Assembly (NCBI RefSeq): GCF_000186885.1
Contig: NC_014972.1
Coordinates: 3,240,001-3,272,000, forward strand
Reading direction: 5' to 3'
Length of the DNA stretch: 32,000 bases
DNA from: Desulfobulbus propionicus DSM 2032
GTDB taxonomy: Bacteria; Desulfobacterota; Desulfobulbia; Desulfobulbales; Desulfobulbaceae
Below the pieces are notes generated by a model. The model saw nothing but the letters and a program-made list of their open reading frames with translations, was not told the origin of the DNA and searched no databases. Shown here in pieces: positions 16,535 to 25,711 of this stretch. The translations under genes and the position numbers were made by a program. Positions within the stretch are counted from its first letter, which is position 1, and every line of letters starts with the position of its first letter.

Positions 16535-17598
16535 ACAACAAAATCAAGGACCTGCTGATAAACGGTTTCCACCGAGATGCCCTCCATGCAGCGCATGTGG
16601 GGACAGACGCGCCTGCGGCAGCACAGACACTCAATGCTGTTCGCCTGAAGAACGACGCCGCGCGCTCGATACGGCCCGACCCGTTCGGGATGCGTCGGCC
16701 CAAACAGGGCCACAACAGGTATTCCAGCCATGGCGGCCATGTGCATGGGGCCAGTATCCACGCCAACATAGACCGAGGCCCGCTTCATCAGCGCCACCGA
16801 TTCCGTCAGGGTCAAACGCCCGGCGGCCACCACGCCAGCGCCAGCCATCCGTTCGGTAATCCCGCTTATATAGGGAAGATCGGCCGCGCTGCCGCCAAAA
16901 ACCACGTGAATACCGGCGGCAAGGAGACGATCACAGAGCTCGCTCCATCTGGGCTGCAACCAGAATTTCGATTGCCAGCGAGCGGTGGGATTGACATAGA
17001 CAAAAGGAAGATCGCCCTGAATCCCGTGTGCCGTCAGAAAATTCGCGGCGCTTTGCTCATCGGTCCGATCGGAGCAGAGAAAGAAATCCGCATCCGTGGG
17101 GACGCAGCCAAGGAGTTCGCAAAACAGGAGATTTTTATCCACCGCGTGCACCGTATGGTCGGGGATGCTGACCAGACGATGCTGAAACAGGGTATTCAGT
17201 TCACGCGCATCCCGAAACCCAACCCGCAGGCCGCCGCCATTCATCAACGAAAGAAGACCACTGCGAAACGACGCATGCAGGTCCAGAATCAGATCATAAG
17301 GCGCGGCACGCAGGGCCGTCCATAATCCATGCACAACGCGCATGGTGGCCCAGAAGGCTTGGGGATAGGCAATATACCATCTCGCTCCGGGCTCACTGGT
17401 CGAGGGAATATGGATGGGGTAGACCGCATCCACCGCCGTGTCTTGAGCGACCAAAGGAGCAAATGCCCGCTCCACGACCCAGCCGATATGGCAGTCGGGA
17501 AAACAGCGTTTCAGGGCATGCGCCACCGGGAGGGTGTGCACAATATCACCAAGGGAGCTTTGCTTGATGATCAAGATGCGCTGGTTCTGGATGTCCAT
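16519..17598 (-). CDS. Family 9 glycosyltransferase (LPS heptosyltransferase-like)
   Basis: RILIIKQSSLGDIVHTLPVAHALKRCFPDCHIGWVVE is the typical GT9 N-terminus, and the C-terminal half reads GVDTGPMHMAAMAGIPVVALFGPT. Start chosen at MDIQNQRILII (ATG 17598) with AGGT upstream. Confidence 0.9.
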   Translation of the reverse strand: MDIQNQRILIIKQSSLGDIVHTLPVAHALKRCFPDCHIGWVVERAFAPLVAQDTAVDAVYPIHIPSTSEPGARWYIAYPQAFWATMRVVHGLWTALRAAPYDLILDLHASFRSGLLSLMNGGGLRVGFRDARELNTLFQHRLVSIPDHTVHAVDKNLLFCELLGCVPTDADFFLCSDRTDEQSAANFLTAHGIQGDLPFVYVNPTARWQSKFWLQPRWSELCDRLLAAGIHVVFGGSAADLPYISGITERMAGAGVVAAGRLTLTESVALMKRASVYVGVDTGPMHMAAMAGIPVVALFGPTHPERVGPYRARGVVLQANSIECLCCRRRVCPHMRCMEGISVETVYQQVLDFVVMPAR

Positions 17599-17645
17599 GA
17601 AATTTACCTGGCGGCACGCGTGCGGGAGCACTCGGTGCGGGCTCT

Positions 17646-18905
17646 TTAGGACACGGGCGCTGCGTTCCCGGTTCGTGCCGGCGGGCAGGACCCCTCGACC
17701 GCACATCGCCAGTCATCTTGCCGTTTGAACAACACCCCGCTGAAGAGTGAAAAGAGAAAACCGGTGCCATAAATATTCAAGTAGGACTCGGTGGTCATGA
17801 TGGTCAAGAAAAAGACCAGGAAGGCACAGTGGATCCGCTTCCATTCATCCTGTCGCTGCCAGGTTTTGTGGAAATGGACGAAAAACAGGCCCAACAGGGT
17901 GAGCAGCCCCAGAATTCCCAGTTGCGCGGTGACAAAAATATACTGGTTATGCGGGTTGTCCGTGAGAGGGACCCGGGGGGAAAGCTGCTGGTTGATCTGG
18001 GCGTAGCGCGGGGCAAAATCACCGGTCCCGGCCCCCAGCCACGGCTCCTCTTTAATGATCTGCCAGGCTATTTTCCAGTAATGCAAACGCAGTCCCACGG
18101 AGGAGACATCCGGGCGTTGATCAAAGGTTTCGATATCCTGTTGAATCTGATCCATCCGTTGCTGAAACACCGGACTGACCTGATACGCCACGACAAAGAC
18201 CAGCGGCAGCGCCACCAGGGGAATCAAAATGGCCCGAAGCAGATTCTTGCGAAAGTGTTGAACGCACAACACTGCCATCAGCACAAAAAAGGCCAATTGT
18301 CCCGCCCGACCCCGTGTCAAAAACACATTGACGATCATCACAGCGCTCAGCGCGGCCAGCAGCCAGCGCTGCCCTCCCCGCATTCCGCCCCACAGGACCT
18401 GATGGAGCACCAGATACACGGCAAGGGCCAGCATCGGCGTGAACACGAGATGATTGACAATGGTGTGAAACCGAAACCGGGCCGAGGTTATGCCCAGATG
18501 CCGAAACAAATCAAGATAAGCCAGATCGATGACCAGCATGGCGGCAATGACGCCGGCAAGGAAGGCCGCGACATACCACCAGCGCCGATCCCAGCGAACG
18601 GTTGTCAGGAAAACGGGCAACAAAAGAATCTTCCATCGTTTTCTGATCACTTCCAGCCCGTCGGCAAGCGAATCTGTCCACAACAACCCGAGCACAAGAG
18701 CGCCAAAGTATAACAGCACCGCGATACAGATCGGACTGGCGACAATCTCTCGCATCTTGGCGGGGAATTGCCCCTCATACAGCCAACAGGCCAAGACCAG
18801 CAGGACCGCCACGGTCACCGCCGAGGTGGAGAGCGGCAGGCAAAATGCCAGCAGCAACATCAACCACAGGTTAATCTGTTCGAGATTTTGTCGGATTGCG
18901 TTCAT
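17646..18905 (-). CDS. O-antigen ligase / O-antigen polymerase family (Wzy_C) membrane protein
   Basis: About 10 hydrophobic segments, plus a periplasmic-loop motif region ...LRLHYWKIAWQIIKEEPWLGAGTGDF...PHNQYIFVTAQLGILGL. Confidence 0.85.
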   Translation of the reverse strand: MNAIRQNLEQINLWLMLLLAFCLPLSTSAVTVAVLLVLACWLYEGQFPAKMREIVASPICIAVLLYFGALVLGLLWTDSLADGLEVIRKRWKILLLPVFLTTVRWDRRWWYVAAFLAGVIAAMLVIDLAYLDLFRHLGITSARFRFHTIVNHLVFTPMLALAVYLVLHQVLWGGMRGGQRWLLAALSAVMIVNVFLTRGRAGQLAFFVLMAVLCVQHFRKNLLRAILIPLVALPLVFVVAYQVSPVFQQRMDQIQQDIETFDQRPDVSSVGLRLHYWKIAWQIIKEEPWLGAGTGDFAPRYAQINQQLSPRVPLTDNPHNQYIFVTAQLGILGLLTLLGLFFVHFHKTWQRQDEWKRIHCAFLVFFLTIMTTESYLNIYGTGFLFSLFSGVLFKRQDDWRCAVEGSCPPARTGNAAPVS

Positions 18906-18908
18906 GCC

Positions 18909-20654
18909 TTATCTCATCAGTGCTTGATCGGAAAACTGCAGACGATAAAGAAAACTGTACTCACCACCCAAGGCCAGCAATTCATCGTGGGTACCTTCTT
19001 CAATCAGGCACCCCTCTTTGAGGACAATGATCCGATCCGCGTTGTGCACCGTGGACAATCGATGAGCGATCACAATGGTGGTTCGGTTGCGCATCAGGTT
19101 TTCCAGGGCCTTTTGTACTTCACGTTCCGATTCGCTGTCCAGGGCCGAGGTTGCTTCGTCAAGGATCAGGATCGGTGCGTCCTTGAGCAGGGCTCGGGCA
19201 ATGGAGATCCGCTGCTGCTGTCCGCCTGACAGCCGGGCGCCGGCTTCACCGATCACCGTCTCGAACCCATGGGGCAGTTCATGGATGAAATCCAGGGCAT
19301 AGGCCGATCGGGCCGCCTCGACAATCCGCTCCTCTGGGCAGTCACTGACCCCATAGGCGATATTGTTGCGCACCGTATCGTTGAACAGGATGGTCTGCTG
19401 GCTGACCAGGGCGATCTGCCGGCGCAGGGAGGCAAAGGTGACCTCGCGGATATCGACGTCATCGATGCGCAGCTCGCCCACGCTGACCTCGTAAAACCTC
19501 GGAATCAGGTTGGCCAAGGTTGTCTTGCCGCTGCCGCTCGGGCCGACCACCGCCAGGATTTCGCCCCGGTTGACCCGCAAGTTGAGGTGTTTGATCACCG
19601 GCTCGTTGTTCTCGTAGTGGAAGCTGACGTCCGAAAACACGATGCTGCGGCTGAACGGCCCCAGCTCAATGGCCCGCTCAGCTTCCTGGATATCGGGCCG
19701 GATATCCAGCAGGGAAAAAATGCGCGTGGCCGCCGCCAATCCCTGCTGAATGGTGGTGTTGATTTTGCTAACGCCCTTGACCGGTTCATAGAGCATGATC
19801 AAGGCGGTGAGAAAGGACATGAAGGCACCTGGTGTCGAGTTGCCCTGCAGGACCTGCATGCCGCCGAACCAGATGATCATCGCCATGCCGATGCCGCCGA
19901 GGAACTCGATCAGGGGGTGGGAGAGGCAGCTGTACTTGGTTTCCAGCATCAGGGTGTCCATGATACCCTGCATCTTCTCGCCAAAGCGTTGCTTCTCGAA
20001 CCCTTCCATGCCAAAGGCCTTGACGATGCGCACCCCGGCAATGGTTTCGTGCAGCTGGCTGGTCGCTTCGCCGATCTTGGTCTGATAGGTCGCACTGATC
20101 CTTCTGAATTTTCTGCCAAAAACAACGATCGGCACCGCGGCTGCCGGCAGAAAAAGCAGGGAAATCAGGGCCAGCCGCCAATCCATGTAAAAAATGACCC
20201 CGAGCAGTCCGACGACTGAGCACAAGTCGCGGAGGGTGCGAATCAGCGCATGGGAAACAGATCCCTGCAACATGCTGACATCGTTCATAATTCTCGAAAT
20301 AAGCTCGCCAGTTGGATGCCGGTGGAAAAAACTGAGCGACAGTTCGTGAAGATGGCCATAGATACGGTTGCGCAGATCGCGGATGACGCTCTGCCCCACC
20401 ATTTCCAGCAGGTAGGAATAGCCGAAAAAGAAAATCCCCTTGAAGAAAAAAATCGCCAGCAAGCCCAGGGGCAACAGGTTGAGCAATCGCGCATCGCGGT
20501 TGAAAAAAATCTCGTCCAACAGGGGCTTGACCATGTACGCCTGCAGGGCATTGAATCCACCCACGGCCACCATGCCGACCATGGCCAGCAACAGCTTTGC
20601 ATGATAGGGCTTGAGCACTGCCAGTAGTTTGGAAAAAAGGGCTTTATTGTTCAT
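18909..20654 (-). CDS. msbA: ABC transporter permease/ATPase, lipid A export MsbA-like
   Basis: A 6-TM exporter domain followed by an NBD with Walker A GPSGSGKTT, signature LSGGQQQR and Walker B ILILDEATSALD. It ends 3 nt before the ligase gene start. Confidence 0.85.
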   Translation of the reverse strand: MNNKALFSKLLAVLKPYHAKLLLAMVGMVAVGGFNALQAYMVKPLLDEIFFNRDARLLNLLPLGLLAIFFFKGIFFFGYSYLLEMVGQSVIRDLRNRIYGHLHELSLSFFHRHPTGELISRIMNDVSMLQGSVSHALIRTLRDLCSVVGLLGVIFYMDWRLALISLLFLPAAAVPIVVFGRKFRRISATYQTKIGEATSQLHETIAGVRIVKAFGMEGFEKQRFGEKMQGIMDTLMLETKYSCLSHPLIEFLGGIGMAMIIWFGGMQVLQGNSTPGAFMSFLTALIMLYEPVKGVSKINTTIQQGLAAATRIFSLLDIRPDIQEAERAIELGPFSRSIVFSDVSFHYENNEPVIKHLNLRVNRGEILAVVGPSGSGKTTLANLIPRFYEVSVGELRIDDVDIREVTFASLRRQIALVSQQTILFNDTVRNNIAYGVSDCPEERIVEAARSAYALDFIHELPHGFETVIGEAGARLSGGQQQRISIARALLKDAPILILDEATSALDSESEREVQKALENLMRNRTTIVIAHRLSTVHNADRIIVLKEGCLIEEGTHDELLALGGEYSFLYRLQFSDQALMR

Positions 20655-20732
20655 GCAAGAAATGGTGTGAAAAAGTGATCAATCCCTGGCCACATTCCGG
20701 ATTTGGTCCTCCGCGCCAGCATTTACCCTATT

Positions 20733-22988
20733 TCACGCGAGTGTGCCAGCATAGTTGCCGGAAAAAACCGAGGGCTCCTCCCCCCGACCGCTGAGCAGGG
20801 CGGTCACTGCGGAGCATTCCCGTTTCGGCTGGCCATGGCTGATATCCACCACCAAGTAATTGACCCCCATCCGGGTAATGTCTTGAACATGCTGCAAAAG
20901 AGAAAACGGTACATGGGAACGGGCATACACGGTCCCTTCTCGGCGGTCGAGATAAAATCGCTCGCCGCGGGAACTGACAAAGGTCCGTTGTCCCTGAAAA
21001 TGTGGGGCATCCAATCGCGCGCTGAAAAGCGGTGGCCGACCGTAGACCAGCAAACCGACCCGCAGGGCATGAGCGTTACGGTTGCATGCTTTGTGAAATT
21101 GAGCCAGGGCGGCGGCCAACGTCACCCGATCCGTTTCCAGGGAAAACTGCACCCCGGCCAGGCCGCAGTCCCCATGTAGCTCCAGAGCCGAACTGTTGAG
21201 CAGGTTGCAGCTGTACGCGCCGTAGACCTCGAGCGGCAGATCCCCGCCCGATCCGGGGGCCTCGGTAAAAAGGCCCAGCTGGCCGATATGGCTGATCTGG
21301 AAGGCTGTCGCTCCCTGGCCTCGAAGCCGCTGAACCGCCTGATGATACCAGGCCAGCTGCTCCTGCAACACAATGGGTGGCAAGGCCCAGACCAGCGGCG
21401 GATGTCGCGGGGACTTGCTCCGGCGCAACTGGAGAACTTGGTCAAGGTTGCGTTGATTGAGTTCCAGCACCAGCCTGGCGACCTGAAAAGGGAAGCGCAT
21501 TCCCGCCGCATCGAGCGATGCCGCCTTGAGCCACCACTGTGGACGGGATGTTTTTCCCGGTCCTTGGCCGCCGCGATCGGTTGCCGCATCTCGGGATGGT
21601 GGACTGGCCGACCCCATGGCCAAGGCGGTCAGGATCTGCTGCAGCCGCATGGGATCGGGATCGACACTTCGCTGTGGATGAAATCGGCGCACCAGGCCCG
21701 ATTGCTGCTCAAATCGACCGCTGACATCGACCCTGAAGAGAAGTCCGTGGGAACGATGGGGGAAGCCGCTCAACTCAAGACCGCTCACGGCAATGGACAC
21801 TACCTGTCCCTTGTCGGCCTGATCCACTTTTCTGCCCTTGACCTCCAGGGATCGGAGAGTGAAGCTTTTGCGCTCGCCACTTCGCTCCTCATAGAGGCGC
21901 AACCGATCGCCCAGCCGTATCGGTGTCTGCAGGGTGGCCTGTAACCGCAACGTTTTTGCTGTCCGGCTCTCCCGTCCCTCCTCCATCCGGGTCACTTTGC
22001 CGACCATCTCGCCGCTGCTGCCGGCAAATCTGGGGATGATCAACCGATCCTCCCAGCCGCGGACAAGAAAACCCGGGGAGCGCTTGCGTCCCATGGCCGC
22101 GTCCAGGCATCGATGGGCCTCGGCCAGTAACGTGGGCCGCTGCTCCGGCGAGGTATCAAGCGCCCGCAGGGCCAAACGATAGGCCCGGACCGTGTTGCGG
22201 ACGTACTCCACCGACTTGAGCCGCCCCTCGATCTTGAGGCTGACCACCCCGGCGGCCCGCACCTCGGTCAGGTGATCGATGCCGCTGAGATCGTTCATGG
22301 AAAACAGATATTCAGCCGTTTTACCGCAACTGGACCGCTTGCCCGAGGGCAGCCATTCGTAGCGGCGGCGGCAGGGCTGGACACATTGACCGCGCAGGCT
22401 CGATTTGCCGCCATGCAGACTGGAAAATCGGCACAGGCCCGAATAACTGAAACACATGGCACCATGGATGAAGATTTCCAATTCCACTGGGCAGTGGGCA
22501 TGGATGGTCCGAATCTCCTCCAGGCTGAGTTCGCGCGCCAGCACGATGCGTTCGAACCCGAGCTCCTTGAAATAGCGGGCGGCCAGTGCATTGTTGACCG
22601 TCATCAGGGTCGAGGCATGCACCTTGAGCGAAGGAAAAAAACGGCGGACCAAATGAAAAATGCCCAGATCCTGCAAGATCAGCGCATCCGGACCGATTCG
22701 AGCCAACCGGGAAAGTGTTTCCACGGCCTGCCGCACCTCCCCCTCCTTCATCAGGCTGTTCATGGCCACATACACCTTTTTTCCCTGGTCATGGGCGCAT
22801 TCAGTCATGGCCGCGATCTCGCCGAAGGTAAAATCCCTGGCCAAGGCACGGGCATTGAGCCCGGGAGCGCCGACATAAACGGCATCGGCCCCTTCGCGAA
22901 GGGCAGCCTCAAAGGCCGGCACGGTTCCAGCGGGCGCAAGGAGTTCCAAAGGACGGGGAGCAGCGACAGGCGAAGCGGTTGTGGTCAT
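20733..22988 (-). CDS. Peptidase U32 family protein with two tandem U32-like modules
   Basis: N-terminus LELLAPAGTVPAFEAALREGADAVYVG. The U32 signature EIFIHGAMCFSYSGLC carries a C-x6-C-x15-C-x3-C motif (nt 22371-22454). The C-terminal half repeats the module order (LEVYGAYSCNLLNSSALE...LLVYGRPPLFSARL) without those Cys residues. Confidence 0.9.
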   Translation of the reverse strand: MTTTASPVAAPRPLELLAPAGTVPAFEAALREGADAVYVGAPGLNARALARDFTFGEIAAMTECAHDQGKKVYVAMNSLMKEGEVRQAVETLSRLARIGPDALILQDLGIFHLVRRFFPSLKVHASTLMTVNNALAARYFKELGFERIVLARELSLEEIRTIHAHCPVELEIFIHGAMCFSYSGLCRFSSLHGGKSSLRGQCVQPCRRRYEWLPSGKRSSCGKTAEYLFSMNDLSGIDHLTEVRAAGVVSLKIEGRLKSVEYVRNTVRAYRLALRALDTSPEQRPTLLAEAHRCLDAAMGRKRSPGFLVRGWEDRLIIPRFAGSSGEMVGKVTRMEEGRESRTAKTLRLQATLQTPIRLGDRLRLYEERSGERKSFTLRSLEVKGRKVDQADKGQVVSIAVSGLELSGFPHRSHGLLFRVDVSGRFEQQSGLVRRFHPQRSVDPDPMRLQQILTALAMGSASPPSRDAATDRGGQGPGKTSRPQWWLKAASLDAAGMRFPFQVARLVLELNQRNLDQVLQLRRSKSPRHPPLVWALPPIVLQEQLAWYHQAVQRLRGQGATAFQISHIGQLGLFTEAPGSGGDLPLEVYGAYSCNLLNSSALELHGDCGLAGVQFSLETDRVTLAAALAQFHKACNRNAHALRVGLLVYGRPPLFSARLDAPHFQGQRTFVSSRGERFYLDRREGTVYARSHVPFSLLQHVQDITRMGVNYLVVDISHGQPKRECSAVTALLSGRGEEPSVFSGNYAGTLA

Positions 22989-23072
22989 GGACGAAAATGG
23001 AGGGCAGCGTTGGCTGCATCGGGTCTTTCCCCGGCGTGCTCGTTGAGCAACATCAAACAGACGCGACCGTCG

Positions 23073-24539
23073 TCATTCACCCGGCGGACAAAGGGCCAGG
23101 GGATAATCGACAGGAGGCAGGGGGAGGATGAAGAAAAAATTATTGCCTTCGGCCGTGGGCTCGTACCCGACTCGACCGCCATGCATTTCGACAACAAGAC
23201 GAATGAACGACAGCCCATGGCCGGTTCCGGGCACATCCGGATTGTCGTCGCCACGCATCCCTTCCTGGAACAGTTGGTTGCCTTGTTCTTCCGACATGGT
23301 GGGACCGGTGGTGAATACATTGAATTTCACCCCTTTTTGGCCGGGCCGGATGAAATTCTCGACCACTTCGCGGCCATAGGCCATGGCTTTGCGCGGCCTG
23401 CCGGCATGATCGATGATTTCCTTGGTATATTTGGCCGCATTGGAGAACAGGTTGGCGTAGACCTGCGCCAGCAGGCCGATGTCCACCAAGATCGGAAATT
23501 CTTCCTCGTGCATGTTCTGCGGCCGGTCGACGGTGATATTGGCAGCCTTCAACCGACTGGCATAGTGCTCCAACTGGGGGATGATCACTTCCTTTTCCAC
23601 CAGGCAGCGCTTGGGATGCAGGACAAGATGCCCCCGCTCGAAATGTTCGCGCCTGAACAGGCTCTCGATGAAGAGGCTCATGTTGGCGTGATGCTTGACA
23701 ATCTCCTGGTAGTACTTGAGCAGGTCCTCCTGCAGGGCCTGGAGTTTGCCGCAACAGTAGCCGCAAGGCCCGGCCAACGGTTCCGGCCCCTGGCGGTCGA
23801 CGATCTCCCGTTTCAGCTCGTCAATCAGGCCGATTTTCTTTTTTAGCTGATTAAACAGGTGGCGGAAATACATGTTGGGCACAATGATATTGTGCTCAAT
23901 GTCAATCACCAGGGTGTTGATGAATTTCAGCCGATCGATATTTTGTCGAGCAATCAACCTATTATCGAGATTATAGCCGATTCTGTTGGCGTATTTGGCA
24001 AAGAAGAACCTATCGGTCTCGGAAAGCCCCCCCTGGCGCCGCACCTCATACATGCCCAAAGTCCGGCCGCCACCGCACAGGCCACGAAAATCATTCCATA
24101 GAGGCCCCTGTTCCAGGTCCTTCCGGGAACAGTCGCTTCCTGTACGACTATACGATGGATACTTGCTAAAAATCGGCACCATGTAGGAGCCATCCAGTTC
24201 GTAGGGCTCCTCCTGCATCCGGATGAGCCGTCGCGCCGGTTCTGGATGCGGCAGGACTCCCCGCTCACTGGAACAAACCAGCTGCAGGCCATTTGCCTCG
24301 CCCTGACAGAGATAGAGCGAACTGGACACCCCGACCAACGCCAAGGGAACGGAAACACAGATCCGATAAAAATCATCCAGGGAATCGTACTCCTGGGCCA
24401 GGTCAAAAAAGGCCTTGAGAAAATCGTTGCGCCCCTGGGAGAAGTTATACTGTTCATAACTCTCCGCTTTTTCCCGGATGCGGCGGCAGACGATTTCCAG
24501 ATCCGGCGGGATGGGAATAGTGTTCGGGTGCTCAGTCAT
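23073..24539 (-). CDS. Cytoplasmic GAF-like plus histidine-kinase-like (HATPase_c) protein, atypical
   Basis: No TM segments. H-box-like FINTLVIDIEHNIIVPN, N box YANLFSNAAKY and G2 box GTGHGLSF are present. At the G1 position it reads TTGPTM instead of DxGxG. A Cys cluster PCGYCCG lies in the inter-helix region. Confidence 0.8.
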   Translation of the reverse strand: MTEHPNTIPIPPDLEIVCRRIREKAESYEQYNFSQGRNDFLKAFFDLAQEYDSLDDFYRICVSVPLALVGVSSSLYLCQGEANGLQLVCSSERGVLPHPEPARRLIRMQEEPYELDGSYMVPIFSKYPSYSRTGSDCSRKDLEQGPLWNDFRGLCGGGRTLGMYEVRRQGGLSETDRFFFAKYANRIGYNLDNRLIARQNIDRLKFINTLVIDIEHNIIVPNMYFRHLFNQLKKKIGLIDELKREIVDRQGPEPLAGPCGYCCGKLQALQEDLLKYYQEIVKHHANMSLFIESLFRREHFERGHLVLHPKRCLVEKEVIIPQLEHYASRLKAANITVDRPQNMHEEEFPILVDIGLLAQVYANLFSNAAKYTKEIIDHAGRPRKAMAYGREVVENFIRPGQKGVKFNVFTTGPTMSEEQGNQLFQEGMRGDDNPDVPGTGHGLSFIRLVVEMHGGRVGYEPTAEGNNFFFILPLPPVDYPLALCPPGE

Positions 24540-24599
24540 GCCTCGACACGTCTCGCCAAGCTCTGCTTGTCGTCAGGGCTTCTCCGGGGAAAAGCCGGC

Positions 24600-25133
24600 T
24601 CAACGTTTGGAAAGAACCACCGCGTCACGGTTGTCCTTCTCGCTCAACAGCACATCGACCCGCTCATTGGGGGCTGGGCTGACGCTCATGCCCACATAGT
24701 CGGGTTGAATCGGCAACTCGCGACCACCTCGATCCACCAGCACAGCCAGTTGGATCGACAGCGGCCGCCCATAGTCCATGATCGCATCCATGGCGGCCCG
24801 AATGGTCCGGCCGGTGAAGATGACGTCATCGACCAGGATGACCTTTTTATCTTCGAGCAGAAAGCCGATGTCCGATTTTCTGACAATCGGGTTCTGCGAG
24901 ATCAGGCTCCAGTCATCCCGGTACAGGGTGATGTCCAGGTTGCCCGAGGGTAGCAGCGCCTCCTCCCGCTCTTCGATCTTCTGCTTGATCCGTTGGGCGA
25001 GAAAGACGCCGCCGGTATGGATGCCGATGATCGAGAGGTCGTTGACCCCGTGGTTGCGTTCCACGATCTCCAGGCTGATCCGATCCAGGCTGCGCTCAAT
25101 GTCCGTGCCGATCATAATGGTCCGTGCGGTCAT
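24600..25133 (-). CDS. pyrR: PyrR, bifunctional pyrimidine regulatory protein / uracil phosphoribosyltransferase
   Basis: DLSIIGIHTGGVFLAQR...DITLYRDD...VILVDDVIFTGRTIRAA...LAVLVDRGGRELPIQPDYVG. The start overlaps the purN stop (ATGA at 25130-25133). Confidence 0.92.
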   Translation of the reverse strand: MTARTIMIGTDIERSLDRISLEIVERNHGVNDLSIIGIHTGGVFLAQRIKQKIEEREEALLPSGNLDITLYRDDWSLISQNPIVRKSDIGFLLEDKKVILVDDVIFTGRTIRAAMDAIMDYGRPLSIQLAVLVDRGGRELPIQPDYVGMSVSPAPNERVDVLLSEKDNRDAVVLSKR

Positions 25134-25711
25134 GCCTTCACCCTCTCCCAAAAATAGTCCACCCCTTTGGCATCCACCAGATTGATCGCCTCGGGGTAGG
25201 TTTCACATTCCACGGCAAACACCCGGGCCGCGATATCGTCGGGAGTGTCGCTGTCCTCCAGGGCCACGCAGTGCTGCAACACGATTGGCCCTTGGTCGTA
25301 GCATTCGTTGGCGAAATGGACGGTACAGCCGCTTACCGTGCATCCCCTGGCCTTGACCGCCTCATGAACGTGGTGCCCATAATACCCCGCGCCGCAAAAG
25401 GAGGGGATGAGCGCCGGGTGGATATTGAGCACCGCGCGCCGCAGGGAAGGGGGCGGAGTGTACAGCTTGAGGTAGCCGGCCAGGGCGATCAAATCAACGT
25501 CGTAACCAGCGAGGATGCGGTTGATCTCGTCGTTCTCCTGGGCATAAAAGGCTGGATAGCCGTAGCGTTCGGCTTTCGCGAGGCCCAAGGCGCCAGCGAC
25601 GTTGGAAATCACCACCTGAATCTCGGCCCGCAGCGTTCCGGCAGTAATCCGTTCGTGGAAATTGTCCAGCGTCCTGCCGCTACCGGAGAGGAGCACCGCC
25701 ATCTTACGCAT
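25130..25711 (-). CDS. purN: Phosphoribosylglycinamide formyltransferase
   Basis: [12 protein letters not shown]...[11 protein letters not shown]...[25 protein letters not shown]...GCTVHF shows the PurN motifs. The start at ATG 25711 overlaps the upstream gene by 8 nt. Confidence 0.92.
   Translation of the reverse strand: MRKMAVLLSGSGRTLDNFHERITAGTLRAEIQVVISNVAGALGLAKAERYGYPAFYAQENDEINRILAGYDVDLIALAGYLKLYTPPPSLRRAVLNIHPALIPSFCGAGYYGHHVHEAVKARGCTVSGCTVHFANECYDQGPIVLQHCVALEDSDTPDDIAARVFAVECETYPEAINLVDAKGVDYFWERVKA

Noticed and set aside
20729-20743. parS-like half site (tatttcacgcgagtg), and the ParB-like gene as a chromosome or plasmid partition locus
   Set aside because: Only one arm resembles the tGTTTCACGTGAAACa consensus and it is not palindromic. 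There is no ParA/Soj gene in the window. The site lies at the U32 gene stop, 17 kb from the ParB-like gene.
22272-23846. 524-aa plus-strand ORF spanning the U32/kinase gene boundary. Similar long antisense ORFs occur at 25662-26807, 6750-7655, 8251-9075, 12500-13279, 14993-15688, 17829-18713, 19269-20219, 27030-27617, 28248-28976 and 30074-30943.
   Set aside because: All of them lie opposite genes with strong family signatures and run across gene boundaries or intergenic gaps. They have low-complexity Arg/Gly/His/Pro-rich translations and no motifs. I treat them as shadow ORFs.
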